A stretch of 64,000 nucleotides of DNA, from assembly GCA_964016885.1 (NCBI GenBank), contig OZ024745.1:110732001-110796000 (forward strand). The letters are read 5' to 3'. This stretch comes from Eledone cirrhosa. Taxonomy: Eukaryota. The stretch's first letter is position 1. Every line of letters starts with the position of its first letter. Shown here piece after piece: positions 45,995 to 60,519 of this stretch. A program made the position numbers and the translations under genes. The notes under the pieces were generated by a model, which saw only the letters and a program-made list of their open reading frames with translations, did not search any database and had not been told where the DNA came from.

Positions 45995-46213
45995 AGAGGT
46001 AGAACACTGGAAAGTAATATACGTAGTGGTAGAGCACTCAGTCCATGGGACGAGTTAGGTAGAAGTGGTAACACAACAGTTAGTTCACCATACAGAGAAC
46101 AATTGTTTCACGTTAGAGGATCTCGAGCTGAGGATCCGCTAAGGTGAGCTGAGGATCCGCTAAGGTGAGCTGAGGATCGGTATGGTGAACTAACTGTTGT
46201 GTTACCACTTCTA
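45995..46213 (-). mobile_element. Palindromic TA-embedded element with a split and triplicated hammerhead
   Basis: Arms 46060-46093 and 46180-46213; 21-bp unit GAGCTGAGGATCCGCTAAGGT x2.6; 3' end shared with 8122-8270 ('gagcactcagtccat.ggacgagtt'). Confidence 0.7.
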
Positions 46214-46941
46214 TATATATATATTATTCAATTCGATACTACAGGCGTTTCGTTGAGTGAACTCAACTTATTAAAAATTTGTCCCATGAACTGAGTGCTC
46301 TGCTCCTTGGATATCTTTACTAAACTACTACTATATATATAAATATATATAGTATAAAAAATATATATGTGCTGATGTTGGACAGATTTTACGGGCAAAA
46401 GCAACAGGCATGAGACCTAGGAGTAGACTCCGAGCAAGATAGTTGGATAACATCCATTAGCTTGGCTGGTCTCGCTTGGGTATCCAGCCTGATCAGTTGG
46501 AGACGGTTGCTTCTTACAGGACCCACTGGAAGGAAGGTTTGGGGATTCTGCCCCCCACAATCCTCTCAAGAATAACTGGGCGATGAAGATATGTATATAA
46601 GATCTTCTACACAATTTCCGCCTACCAAATTTCACTCACAAACCATTAGTCAACCCAACGGTATAATAGAAAGACCATGGTGCTTGGCAGTGGAACTGAC
46701 CCAGAAACCACGCCATTGCGAAGTGGACTGCTTAACCACACAAACATGCATTCGCTAATTGTTATGATGTTTCTGAGAAATTTTTGTTCTTATGATTTAT
46801 CTTATATTTACCTTATTTTACGCACCAGATACTTTCAGACTTCTCTTTATATAGTAACAGAAATAATTTTAACTCTCTCCGTTAGTTAAATGAAATGGGT
46901 AGAATTAAGTCTCAGACTGATAAACATGGAGACGAATACTC

Positions 46942-47198
46942 TTAACCCCCTGAAATTGCGCCTGATTCTTTACAATACAAAACTACATGTTTTAAAGTGT
47001 CTATATTTACCTAAAAATCTCCTATCATAATTTTGTTTTTATATAAGAACATTTTGTTAAGTTATGCTCCAAACATTGGCTTCATAATGAGAAAGTTAAT
47101 TATGTTACAAAATCCATCCAAATGCCTGATTCTTTTAAAAATTATCTGAAAATCATAGGCAGTGATTTTCTTTAGAAATCTAGTAATGAAAGGGTTAA
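46942..47198. mobile_element. TTAA/CCC..GGG MITE family copy
   Basis: ttaaccc...aaagggttaa termini; related copies at ~1270-1577, 41331-41790, 57440-57631. Confidence 0.55.
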
Positions 47199-50100
47199 TT
47201 AAACTTAATTTGTTATATCTTTAAAGCTATTCTAAAATTAAGACAAACATTAATCGTTTTAATATAGATCCTTCCGTCTGAGATAACTTCGTTGTCTTTT
47301 TATTTCGCCCCCCACCTCTCTCCATATTTCTCTTCATATAAAATGATCGTTTCTAATAAGCTGAAGGCCAGGAATTTGGGAGAGAAGGTTAAGTCGATTA
47401 AATCGACTATAGTATTTCACTGGTGATATGTTTTATCGCCCTAAGAATAATGAATGGCAAATTTGATCTCGGTGGGGTTTGAACTCAAAACGTGAAGAGC
47501 TGGAACAAAAACCGCAAGGAATTTAATCTGACGCTCTAAGGATTCTGCCAATCCATCGCCTCCTTAATATAAAATAATGGCTATGATACAATCTATTTCC
47601 GTTTCTCCTCTTCATGTCATTCCTACTATGTATCAGCCATACCTACCCCAGATCTCACATTAAAATACTGTGCTCAATTCCTTTCCTTCAGCATTACATC
47701 CTCCCCGTACCTTTTTTCTTGCTCAGTTTTCTTTTTCTTCTCGAACGACGTGAAGCTACAACAGTTTAAACTGAACATCATCCACATCTATCTTAGCTGT
47801 TTTAGGGGAACTACAAAAGCTATTAGACACTGCTCTTTCTCATCTGATTAATTAATTAATTGTTTTTAAATATGTTTAAAAGAAAGAAGAAAAAACACAA
47901 GGTTTCATTAAATTATTCCAGTGATGTGGTTATGTGGTCTGTTTACAAAGTAAAGTTTCTTAATTCATCGGATTATAACAGATCCCAAGGTCTTCACTAA
48001 CGGGAGCCTCTTTTATCAAAGTGAATTGCCCCACTTACCCACTATAATTACCCATCCACCCCGATCGTTGTACAGTGGAAATAACAATCAAAAGAGGAAA
48101 AATGTTTATACTTCGAGCAAAAAGATACCCAATATCATATGGATATTATGTTTAATGTAGTTTGTGGAACCCAGATTGAAAACTGCTGGGTTGTGACAGT
48201 CGAGATTCAAAGGGTTTTCGACTACCTTCTCCATTCTATTGTTGTTATTTCATATATCTTTACGGCCTTAACAGATGAAAGTCCGGCCCCGATTAAACGG
48301 TAACAGCTTAGAATGGGCCACCGTCGGTTTCAACGATGAATGTTCCAGTTGTTCGATCAACGTAACAGCCTGCTCATGAAATTAAGATGTAAGTGGTTGA
48401 ACATTCTAGAGCTATGTGTACCCTTTAATGCAATTCTTAGGGATATTTAGCATGATATAGTGTGTGACAAGGCTGTCTCTTTGAATTTACATGTACAGTC
48501 CATCCGACAGTCCTGTAAACAATTTCTGTCTACTCAATTTCACCCAGATGGCATGGGTTGACCGAAGGCTTGTGGCAAATTACTTTTGCCCGAGATGCCA
48601 CCGTGGAATCGAACGTGGGACGTAATGGTCGAATACATCAGTAGTTTTCTTCCTTCTTCAAAGTTCAAATCCGACATAGATAAAATAAATTCCAGTAATA
48701 TAGTGTATCGACCTAGTTGTTTATAACACTCTCCAACAAAGATTGGCTTTGCACCTAGTCTAATGAAATCAATATGGTAAGAATGGTAAAAATCGGGATG
48801 TGTTGCTTTTCTTAGTACATGAAGTACATGATAGCAATTAATTAATTAAAGATTTTATCAGCAAGTATATAATAGGATTGTTGTTTAGCACAAACTGAGT
48901 CCTGATCGAGAAAACCTATGATCAAAGACACGCCAGCCGTGATTATTCCGTCCTTTGTTTTAGACACCATGTATATTTCCTTCCTTGTTAAAGGCAAACG
49001 GTCAACGGTGTGTAATTTCTCTTCTGTTTGTAGCAGATTGGGCGATTGTATAGTCTCCTTTGTGTATTTACCCCTCGTTTGAGAGTGAGAAAATGATGAG
49101 TAAAACTGAATTTAAGGGATGGATTGGTGACGAGAGAGATCGCTAAACACGAGAGGTTTTGTGTGTTGTGTTTTCGGGAGGAGGGGGCGAGAAGCTGGGA
49201 TGATGAAGAAAGGTAAAAATGTTGGGCAAGGAAGTAAATAGATACACCCTTCGATGAAAAAGATACATTTAAAGCGAGAGGGTTAAAGTATTATGGAGAA
49301 GAGTGGTGACAGGAAGGTTGATATATATATACCAAACACTGATAAACTATCAGATCTAAACATTAGCTTTAAACGTCCTGCACCACACGAAACAACATTA
49401 GCAAAGCATTATTGAAAAGTATAAAACAGCACTAGAGCCGTATCATTAAAAATTAATGTCATTAATTTAGTTTACTGCACATTTTCAAAATTATCTCTAA
49501 AGAAACTACAAAGATTTGAATTAACAAAGCCATTTTCAGATATTTTTTTTTTGTTAAACCATTGTATGTTGTTAGGAGTTATAGGACCAACTAAATTTCC
49601 TGCGTTAATGGGCGGAGTTATTTGATACTGTGGCCTAATTGACATCATGATTTTTACGAGTAACTTCTCTATTTAGCGTCCAGTAAAAAATTAACAACCG
49701 GTTCTCATAATAAAAAAAAGCTGTTAGCAACCGGTTCGCGCAAACTGGGTCAAACTCACCATAGTATGATAGTTCAAAACTACAAACGCAATATATATAT
49801 ATATGTATGTATGTATATTAAAACATGAAAATAACTGTATGATGCACAATAATAAATTACACATTTGGTACATTAGCAAAATAATACAATGATGTGATTG
49901 AACATATGTCCGTACACCTCACTGTTAGAAAGTAAATTCGAACTATAACATCACTGAAGAAGATTTTCTGAACTGCGTCGTTCGGATTCGAATACATATG
50001 TAGTGTCTAATGTCTACAAAACAGTCTGTGTGTGTTGTTTAGCCACAGGTTTACCATCATCGAGCTGATTAGAAGCACTCCAGCTGAGACCAGCCCGTCT

Positions 50101-52376
50101 TTTTCAAAAGCCTAGTGTCACATTAGTCAGTGCGCTCTTACTATTTTAATGACGGTAAGGTGTTATTTGAAAGAGTCTGCTATTTCTAGCAGGTTGAGTA
50201 AACCGCGAAAGAAGCACCCTGGCAGGTTCGTGGCTGCTACGGTGTAATATAATGTTAAATTCTTGCTAGTCGTTTATATAATATTCAAGTTCCATATTAT
50301 ATATCCATTCTAGCAGCCTGCCCCGGTGTAAAGACCAAGTTCTCTACCGATAATCTGAAAAGGCGTTTATAATTACCTCTAGGTGTAGCCTGAAAAAGGG
50401 GTTTCAAATTGCCTCTGCGCTGTTCATATCAGCTTTCTCTATAATTTAGCTAAAATGATAAATTCCAATGTAGTCATAAGCAAATTGCGGTCCGCGGTCG
50501 GTTTGGCTTTCTGAATAGCACACCAAACGAAAAATTGTCTTGAATTTTTTACGTAGTGAGGCCCGCCTTATGATGAGCCATATCTCATTCGGCCCACTGT
50601 TCGAAAAAGGCTGCCCATGCTTGTTTTAATTATAGCCATGGGTTAACCGATGCCTTATGAGTGAAATTTGGTAGACGGAATATACAGAAGCTTATCACAC
50701 ACACACACACGTGTGTGTGTGTCTCATAACATAGTGGTTTGATAAAAAGAAATCGATAAAATAAATACCAAACGTGAAAAAATAAGTATTGATCAAATAT
50801 ATCGAGGTAATGCCCCAGTATGGCCGCACTCTAATGACTGAAAACAGTAAAAGGAATATTTATTACACACATTCAATGATTCGTATTGTTTGTTTACAAT
50901 ATTGTCATCTTTTTAATAGTTTATGGGTGAAAGCAAATGAGAATGTGTGGTATTCATGCCCTTTTTCACTGGTGAAGTAGATAATGTGAAATGCCTGGAA
51001 TCAACTCTGCATTACAGACTGAGATCGACAGGAGCTTCTCTACGGTGATCGTCTGAAAGATTTATTGCACAAGATACAAGGGCCCCAAATATATAGAAGA
51101 AGGTTAAAGTTTGTCCCAAGCCCGGGCCTGGAAGTTCATCGGACCGGGGCTTAGCTGGGTTTCGTTTGCGTTAAGCGACTGGAAGCACAGTCTATCGTAG
51201 GGTTTAACCCTTAGTTGTTGGTGCTCATTTTCAGTAACGTAAAACGAAGAGATTTCTTCATGAACACAACGCACTTACTGGTCGAGGAATGAAACCCACG
51301 ACATTACGATCGCAAGCTCAACACCCTAACCACTATCCCACACACCTTCATATAGAGGAAGAGAACTCATAGTTTCTTTGTACATTTTGTCAGATGAATT
51401 AATATAGGTAAATGAAGGGAAATGAAATGGTTAGCTACTACAATCAGAATCGAAACCATGTTTGCAGATTCGGCTAGCCAGGTGCTCACCTCTGCTCCAC
51501 AGAATTGTTAACTTTCACTGGATAATGTATGTAACAACGTCGAAGATACAAAACTACTAACTTGTTTATTGATAGTTCCTTCGCATTTTTACTCTGCAAT
51601 TGACCGAAATGTAATGCTTTGATGTTAGCGACTTTATATGTTATGAGGAAGAAAGGGTGGGATCCGTTTCTAGCCATGTATGGCAACACATCTAAGCAGT
51701 CTCTTTTAACAGATAACCATTAGTATCGATAATACTATAGCAGAGAATTTTGTGTTCACTTCTCTTCTTTATTTTAACACTCACACATACAAACACACAT
51801 ACACAGAATAGTGTTGCTATGTAAAGCATATATCAATAAATATATGTATGTGTATAGTAACGAGGCATTGTTTGTTGTATCTGAAGTAACTTCCTAAAGA
51901 TTTGGTTTCTATTTTATTACCTCATATGCGTGTGTGTGGCACATAAAAATGTATCTACGTGTATGTGTGTGTGTTTGTATTTATTTATATATAAATGACT
52001 AGTGATTTATTATACAAATAGAAACACTATTGCTAATTCCTTTTTCTGAATAGATTCTTCCTAAATGTTCTGTATTTTGTGGCTAATCTTTCTTAATTTA
52101 TTGTCTTGACGTTATTATATGGGGTAGAGAGCTTCATTTAATGTTTGAAGACAAGAGATTGATACCCAAGTGTTTTGAAAAGTGCTGGTTATGTTTTGCC
52201 AGATTTATATAATAATTCTTATATTTTATTCTTATTTGGTTCATTTAGAATTCACGGAATATAAATGCTAGACAAATAAGAATTCGAGAGTGCAAGTCTT
52301 CTAAAATGCGTTTTTTGGGGGGGTATTTTTTGCTAGAATTACAGTCTATCTCAGCAGTCTGTCGTATATATATATA

Positions 52377-52566
52377 TACGACAGACTGCTGAAAAGTTTC
52401 TGGTTTTTAAATGTATTTAAAAGGAGTGGTTTGAAGCCCAGCCTTCCGAATTCTTTTTACAATGATAAGAGTGTGAATCTGAGAGGGGGAATATTTTGTA
52501 TAAAATCATAATTAATTGATCCTCCTGTATTTTCTCTTACCCAAAGCCTGGAACTTTTTCAGCACT

Positions 52567-52572
<6 letters not shown>
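52377..52572. mobile_element. Tc1/mariner-like MITE
   Basis: Imperfect TIRs 'tacgacagactgctgaaaagtttctggttt' / 'aaagcctggaactttttcagcactcctta' within TA context. Confidence 0.6.
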
Positions 52573-52603
<31 letters not shown>

Positions 52604-52915
52604 GTTTTTGTATTTCTTTTGCAAGATTTCTTATCTGAAAACGTGTGTTGAAACATATTTTTATAATTTGGGGAGGGTTATGCTGCCAATAAGAACACAC
52701 GCACCTGTTGGTTTTCACTTCAATTATTACAAATTTCCGGATGGTTTTTTTTATTGTCAAAGCTCTTCTGTCACTCATTCGGTGACCTCCTCAGTGACTA
52801 ATTTGTTATTTTGTGTCTCTCCTTCGTTCTGTCCTACACCATCTTGTTTTTGTGTGTTGCATACTTGGGTTGCGCATGTGTTATATCCAGGTGTCTTTGT
52901 TTATATATATATATA

Positions 52916-53478
52916 TAAAATACGTAGTTTAGAAAGCCACAACAATGCAGAGGGAAATCTCGAGGTAGGAAGTGAATGATAGATAGGAGAAATAGGAGAA
53001 AGTGAAAATTGAGAGAGACAAAGATGAAAACAAAACAAAGGTAGAAGGGTTACCGTAGTGGAGATTTAATCCCAATATTTCGGGCTCACGCCCATCAACG
53101 GGGGAAAGTTCCAAAAGGGGGGGGGGGGAACAGGCTAAGCGGAGAAAGTTGTGATGTCGTTAAAACAGGAATGCCATTCTGCATTCCTGTTTTAACGACA
53201 TCACAACTTTCTCCGCTTAGCCTGTTCCCCCCCCCCCTTTTGGAACTTTCCCCCGTTGATGGGCGTGAGCCCGAAATATTGGGATTAAATCTCCACTACG
53301 GTAACCCTTCTACCTTTGTTTTGTTTTCATCTTTGTCTCTCTCAATTTTCACTTTCTCCTATTTCTCCTATCTATCATTCACTTCCTACCTCGAGATTTC
53401 CCTCTGCATTGTTGTGGCTTTCTAAACTACGTATTTTACACATTTCACAATGCTTCAAGCAAACTTTAACACCCTCTT
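52916..53478 (+). mobile_element. Near-perfect 259-bp-arm palindrome inserted in (TA)n
   Basis: Arms 52916-53174 and 53181-53438, 6-nt loop, only a G12/C11 run difference seen; short unique 3' extension. Confidence 0.85.
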
Positions 53479-54432
53479 ATATATATATATATATATATAA
53501 TGTGTGTGTGTGTTTTCCTGAGTCCTGTATTTTCGTTGCTCTAGTGATGCGGCTGGACTGCCAATCGCTATATTTGATTTGCTAAGCTGTCTAAACGTAT
53601 TGTTATTACTCTGGGGTACTTTTCCCCATCCGAGTGCTAAAGCTACAGACCGAATTTGCATTCGTTAGCTTGGCCGCGAACTAGAGCTTCGTTAATGCTG
53701 TACTAAAATTTATATATATAATATATATAGTTAAAAATAGGAGGCAATTGTACACATTTATATTAGGTTCACGCTTGGTGGAAGTGGAGGAACACTCACA
53801 CATACCCGGGTGTTACGCATGCCCAACCCAAGTACACAAATATTAGCTTTGTTAAAGTTTGATGAAGAAACCAAATACCATTTATTTCGTCCATGAAATA
53901 ATAGTAAGAATAATTTATCAATCTTATCAGCATTGCATTTATAGATTTTAAAGGTCAATGCGTGACATGTTTCTCTGTTTAGCGGCTCCTGCTTTAAAGT
54001 GTCTCCTTCAATGTCTCATTCATATGAAATTGTTTTCCTTCTTAGTAGTAATTGTAGAATAAATAATACCACTAGTAATACACTTGCGTTAAATCTGATC
54101 GATTAAAAAAATGAAATGCAGTATACCCCTGGTTATTCGCGGAATTCCCCTTAGAACCTAACTAATAATTGTTCGTGGAAACCACCGCATATTCACGGAA
54201 TCGTAAATATATTCCGCGATTTTTTAATGATTTATAACGCCAAATTATTAATAACAATATACCGTATTTGCGGGCCTATATTTTACGTTATGGTTGACCC
54301 CCAACGGTTTTGGTCATGTTTTCAGAGGTGAAGTCGTACTCACTACGCTTGGCCAATTGCAAGTTTTATGCTTAACACCGAGTAAAATTTGAAACGTTCA
54401 CGCCAAATTACTTGACAGGTCATGACACCATC

Positions 54433-54650
54433 CGTTTCTTGAGCAAGACACTTTATTTCACGCTGCTCCAGTTCACTCAGTTGTAGAAATGAGTTACGAC
54501 GTTACTGCTTTCCCTTGGAAAACATTAGTATCGTTGAGAGGGGGCAGGGCTGGTATGCATGAGCGACTGCTGGTTTTCTACAAACAACCTTGCCCGGTCT
54601 TGTGCCTTGTAGGTAGAACTTTCTAGGTGTAAATACCATGGTATCTTTAC
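54433..54650 (+). mobile_element. CORE-type SINE fragment with another tail
   Basis: 'cttgagcaagacactttatttcacgctgctccagttcactcag.tgtagaaatgag'. Confidence 0.65.
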
Positions 54651-57600
54651 CCTTTAACGTCTTCGTGTTAAGATTGTAAATTATTGTATTAGGAATAAAT
54701 ACCATGCGCATGCTAAATCGTCATGAATGGTTGAAAAGAAACAACTGCAACTTTAGGCCTTAGTCATACATACATCGATTGAAAGTAACAGAATTCGTGG
54801 TATTAAACTTTCTTATTTTCTGACCAACATCTAATCGTTTTTTGATAGCTGATTCTTTCGTTTTAGCAGTTACATCGTTTTTGCCCACTTGTGGTTCACA
54901 AATATAACTCCCTATCCGCTTTTTTTTTTAGTTTCTACATTTTGGTTTTAATTAAATATTGGAGGTTAGAGAAAACGCAGTTCAAGTTCGTAGGGTCATT
55001 GTCCTTTTATTTATATATTTCTAGAAACAATCTTATAATTCGCTAACTCTTAAAAATGATTACTAGTTTTTTAGTCACCTTTTGAACTATCAGTTTGCTG
55101 AAATTCCCAAGAGAATAGAAACTGGTTGTCACCAATCATACTTAATTCTCCATTTCCTGTCAATCAATTTGGTCCACTGCAACCGTCACTAGTATTTCTG
55201 TTGTCTTCAAACGTGCGCTTAGTATAGTTTTATTGCATTAAATCAATGAAATATCATATACCTATCAATCTCGTGCTTGTTCGTATTGAAATAAATAAAT
55301 AAGTAATTAAATAGATTCATCCAATTCCCAGATTAATTTTACTGGCTTTTTCTCAATATAACTATTCCCTCCCTTTATATACGTTCTTATCATGCCAGCC
55401 AAATATATTTAACGTATTATTTAACGTATTATTTTCTGAAACATTACTAGTTTAAAGGACAATTAAACGCATCTGAATTAATTTATACTCTATTACGTTA
55501 TATCTAATTTTTTTTTTCTAATTAGGGGCAGTTTTTAACCAACGGTAAAATCTGGTCCACTGAAAGAATATTTCAATTATGAAATCATCATCAGTGTTTA
55601 TTTATTTGTTTATTTATTCTTTGAGCGGGTTTTATCTTCTTTTTTTTTAAAGTAGGGTTTTGAGCGATGTTATTAGTTGATTGATAGTCAGTTTTTAGTT
55701 TATCTAATGCTGATTCCACTGAATGTTTGATGGTCATTGAACTGGATTGCCAGTGCCGGATTAAACATCTTGAAGCAATTACCTATGTTCTGAGTTCAGA
55801 TTCCGCTGTGGTTGATAAAATAAGTATCAGACAAATATCCTTACCAATGTCTTGGTGATGTGTTAAAGATAGAAATCATTATTTTCGCAACATTAAGATT
55901 CATTACAAACTGAATTCAAGAAGCGTGGAAAGTAACTTTAGAGAGTTTACTGCACTACTGAGGTTGTGTGAATTCTAGAACACCTTGGTAGCTTTGCCTA
56001 ATTAGCAAATTTGCTGTTTTACCGATTTGTATACTTGCTGGATTTGACTCAGCTATCTGTCTAATATATGTTATTGAGGGGTAGATGAAGGCATAATAAC
56101 ACTATACTTAATCCAGCGGCCCAAACGTAATAATTTCTGACAAAAAGTTGATGCCAAGCCAAAGAGTCTCTTGTTTGCTCATAAGTTTTCTCTACTTGAC
56201 GATTCAGACTTCAGTACAAAAGAAGCTTCTACCTGGATGTTGTTCGGCTTGCAAGAAATAGCTGTCAAACCTCCCTCAAATAACACTCTGCTATTTTTTT
56301 TTTTAAAGGAGGATATATTGATTGATGTACTCTTGAATACATTATGTCTATAAAAAAAATAACATAAAGATGGAATGCTCACAGATGGAATGCTCACAGC
56401 TAGAAATATTTTGATCGTAAATCTGATCAACCAGGGGCTACTTGGAGCTAAACAACAAATTCGATAAATAAAAGAAGGGAATAATATTTTGATGTTATAG
56501 TTCCATTACTATGAATATCTCCATGTGTAGAATAAAAATGGTTGAAAAAATACTATTACATTTTTAAATTACAAAAAACTCTATAGCCTCATTATTTTAA
56601 TGATTTTAGTTGGTCGTATCAAGCCCAGTAATTATTTTAGTTTGGTACTTATTTCATTGATCTCTGTCAAACTGCCAAGGGACATAACATCGACAACAAC
56701 TCAGTTGTACACACACACATATTAAGCTAAACATTTGCGTGAATGTATGTGTGTGTTCTTTATTTCGTTCTTTATTTCTTCTGTATATTGTCCCAAGAGT
56801 TGTAAATTGTGTTTACCTTGATGTCTTTATATTACATTACAATATTAAATGATGACATTCTTGATATGTGCATCAATGCTTGTTATAGTGAGCACATTTG
56901 AACATTTCCCTTTTCTTATGAACCCTAATTACATATCTATTCCTGCTTATACCCACTCATTATGTCTCCTAGGTGACAAGAGTCTAAAATTCATAATACA
57001 ATCTGGTCTACCCAAACAATTTGTGCAAATGGTCTGTCTTGTTTGTCAGCATGCCAGAATTACTACTGCACCATTTATATATCAATTGTTTATATTACTT
57101 ATAGAGTTTTAAATTTCAACTACTCCTTTCTCAATAGTGAATAAAGTCACCTTTATTGTGGTTGAAGGGCTTGTCTAAGTCATTAGCAATTTACACTTAA
57201 ACAGTATTCATGCCAGACACTATTTTATTTTTTATTTTAAATAGCCTTTGAATTTGATAATACATGTGATGGTCATGTTTTTGCAGCTGTATAGATACAT
57301 ACTTCTGAAACAGCTGCAAAGAATGTGAAGACAAATGTTTAACTGAGCCTTTAAGTTTGTTTGTTTCTTTTTTATTTCTTAAATTAAGGATTTTTAACAC
57401 TGGCACAAAGCCACATATTTTGCTAAATGGTTCTAGTCAGTTTACCCCTTCTAATATCAAAATGCCTGAAATTGCCCCTAGTTCTATGATACAAAGCTAT
57501 TCATTTAAAAAACCTTCCATTATAATTCTGTCAGAATCTTTAACACCAGCTTCATAATTAGAAAGTTAATTATGTTTCAAAATCTATCCAAATGTTTGTT

Positions 57601-60486
57601 TCTTTTAAAAATATAGTGAAAAAAGGGTTAATTAACCTTAATCGGTTATATCTTTAAAATTATTCTAAAATTAAGACAAATATTAATCGTTCTGAGATAG
57701 CTTTGTTGTAATTCTTTTATTTCGTCTTGATTCTTTTGAGAATGATTTGGGAATTATTGGCAGTGTTTTCATTCGAAATATAGCAACAAAATGGTTAATC
57801 CAGTCTGTATATGACTAGTACTTATTTTATTGACTGTCAGAAGATGAAAAAGGAAGTCGAAATGTTTGGTTCCTTTATGTTTTGAGTTAAAATGTCAAGA
57901 TTTTAACTCGAAACAGAAAAGGGGTGGATCTAAATGCTGAGAGGTATTTAGTGCAAACACCCTAACATTTTTGCCATCTTACCACCCTATTCTTACAGGC
58001 AACAATTTTCATAGCTTCTCATTTAACAACAACCAATATCCTTTTTTTTTTCGCTGTAGTAGTAGGTCTTCATTGTTTTACAGACACACACACACACACA
58101 CATATACATATATGTATATATATGTATCCACGTTTGTATGCATATATATATGTATGTACATATATACACACTTTCCTTTAAGAAAACATTTTGGTTTAGT
58201 CTTACCCTATAGTTTGTAATCTCAAAATCTTTATCCCTTTACATCTTCCCTCCTTGACGCATTCGGCAACTTCTACTACTCTTGTTTCCTGTTATTTTAT
58301 CCAATAATTTACTTATGTGTAATACATAAGTATTTCCTTTATTTTCTCATACATTCCTCTCTCCTCCCTCTTCGAGATTATGGGGCTTTCTTTGTTGCCT
58401 CAACACCATATCTGGTGGTACTGAGATTTGCCTGTTCATTCTAAATCATCTTCCTTTTCTTAAATTTCCTGTGTATAGTTACTTTGGAGAAAATATACAT
58501 CGTTTCTTATGCTAAATCGTGTTTAATATATTCTGAGAAATATATTCACATTCTTAAGTACAGAAGTTCATGAAGTATACAATAATAGTTTATGTAATGT
58601 ACCAATAAAAATTGAGAAACATAAGTGGTGTAATAGTATACTTTCATCTCTTTTGATAAAAATACATTTCTATGCTCCTTTTTTAACATTTATTTTATAG
58701 ATCTGCCTAATATTTCATGAGATTAACTTAAGATAAATAGTTTTTTTCTTCATATATAAGTCAAAGTTAGCATTTATTTAATTATGAAATTCAGGTAAAA
58801 AAATTGAGTAAGACTAATTAAAACTAATTTTGAAAGTATTCATTTCTCAAGATAATATATTAAGATTGTTTCAAATAATTAATGATCAATTGAAAAAAAC
58901 GCTTTAGTTTATTTTTGTAAATGCATCAGTTGGAATTTATTAAAACGGTTAAATTGTCTGATTTTGTAATACACGACATATTAGGAAAAAATGTGACTTC
59001 AAATGTTTTGTTTTTGTTTAGAGTAAGTGAAGAATTCTATTTGATTCTGAGAAACCTATAGCAACTAGTTTGATATTAGTAGAGTAATATGGTTTAGGTT
59101 TATGAAATACAGTAGGATTAGATACACTTCTATTATATATATTCATATTGCTTAGCATTACTTATATATTTGGGACTTTTTGTTTAAAAAGATATTTATT
59201 TAAAGAAACAAAGGTACCACATTCTTGTGGAATTCATTTATCTCAATTCACTGTAATGCTGCATGTTATTTTGTTTTTTTCCAAATAATTTCCTGAATTA
59301 TTCTACACCATCCAGTTTTTGTTAAGTTCAATTAAAGTAATAAATTTCATTTATATATATGCAAACTATTTCTATAGATTTTATTGAAATATTTAATCTA
59401 ATAAATATTTAGTTGTCATTTCATGTTTTCTTTACTCTTGTCATATATCATTATTATAATATCTATAAACATGTGCTCTCATTGAAGTAGAATTCTTTAG
59501 ATTTTTGCATTAGTAGTTAATGAATAACTGTTTATCTCTTTTGTCCTTGTAGCAATTATAAACTTTCACCAGAAAATATTCTCTTTTTTTTTTCACCTTC
59601 TTTCAAAATTCTGTAAATTTCATTTATATTTATTCTTTTTATATATGTGTGTGTGTGTATGTATGTATATATATATATATATATATATAAAAACAACAAC
59701 ACTTATTGATAGAATAATTTCACAGAAATGCCTTATAGAATTTTTGAATTACTCTATCAACAAAGAATTTGCTATAATTTATAAAAAGAATTCTTTAAAA
59801 AGTTGTTTTTTTTTCATATATTTAGCATATCTGGCATATTCATTATAAATTGTTACTTTTATTTATTTATATTCATTTATTTCTCATCAATTCCAACTTC
59901 TTCATTTTTTTTTTTTAAATTTCTTCATAAAGCATTATTATATATTTGTTATTTATTTCAAATATATCAAACTGAATGTTGTATGAAATTGTATGGAATT
60001 CATCATCTATGTTTCTTACACACACTCTTAAATCATTTCACATGTGTAGTTATTTCATTAGTTATTTACTAAGACGCCAGCTCTTAGTAGTATCATAACA
60101 GACAGTGCCAGGATTTCAATACCAGATATTTTTGTCCCCTTTGTCAATCTAATTTTATGATTTCTTCTTAATAAACATAATGGGATATTAGTTGCTGCCT
60201 GGTTTTTTTATCCTTCAACAAATATTGAATTGTACAAAAAGAAAATAGCATGGCAATACTTAGTGTCCATGACTTGACAACGTGATGAATGAAGTGATGC
60301 CATCATTGCTCTAATGTAAGCATTATATTATATATTTCCTAGACATATATACACACATATATATATATATGTGTGTGTGTGTATATATATATATATATAC
60401 ACATACATACATACATAAATACATATATGTATATATATACATACATACACACATATATGTGTATATATATATATATATATACATAC

Positions 60487-60519
<33 letters not shown>

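Noticed and set aside
46125-46178. CRISPR-like direct repeats
   Set aside because: Contiguous tandem units without spacers, eukaryotic context, no cas genes
52929-53425. Identical ORFs on opposite strands (61 and 84 aa)
   Set aside because: A by-product of the palindrome; no recognisable domain
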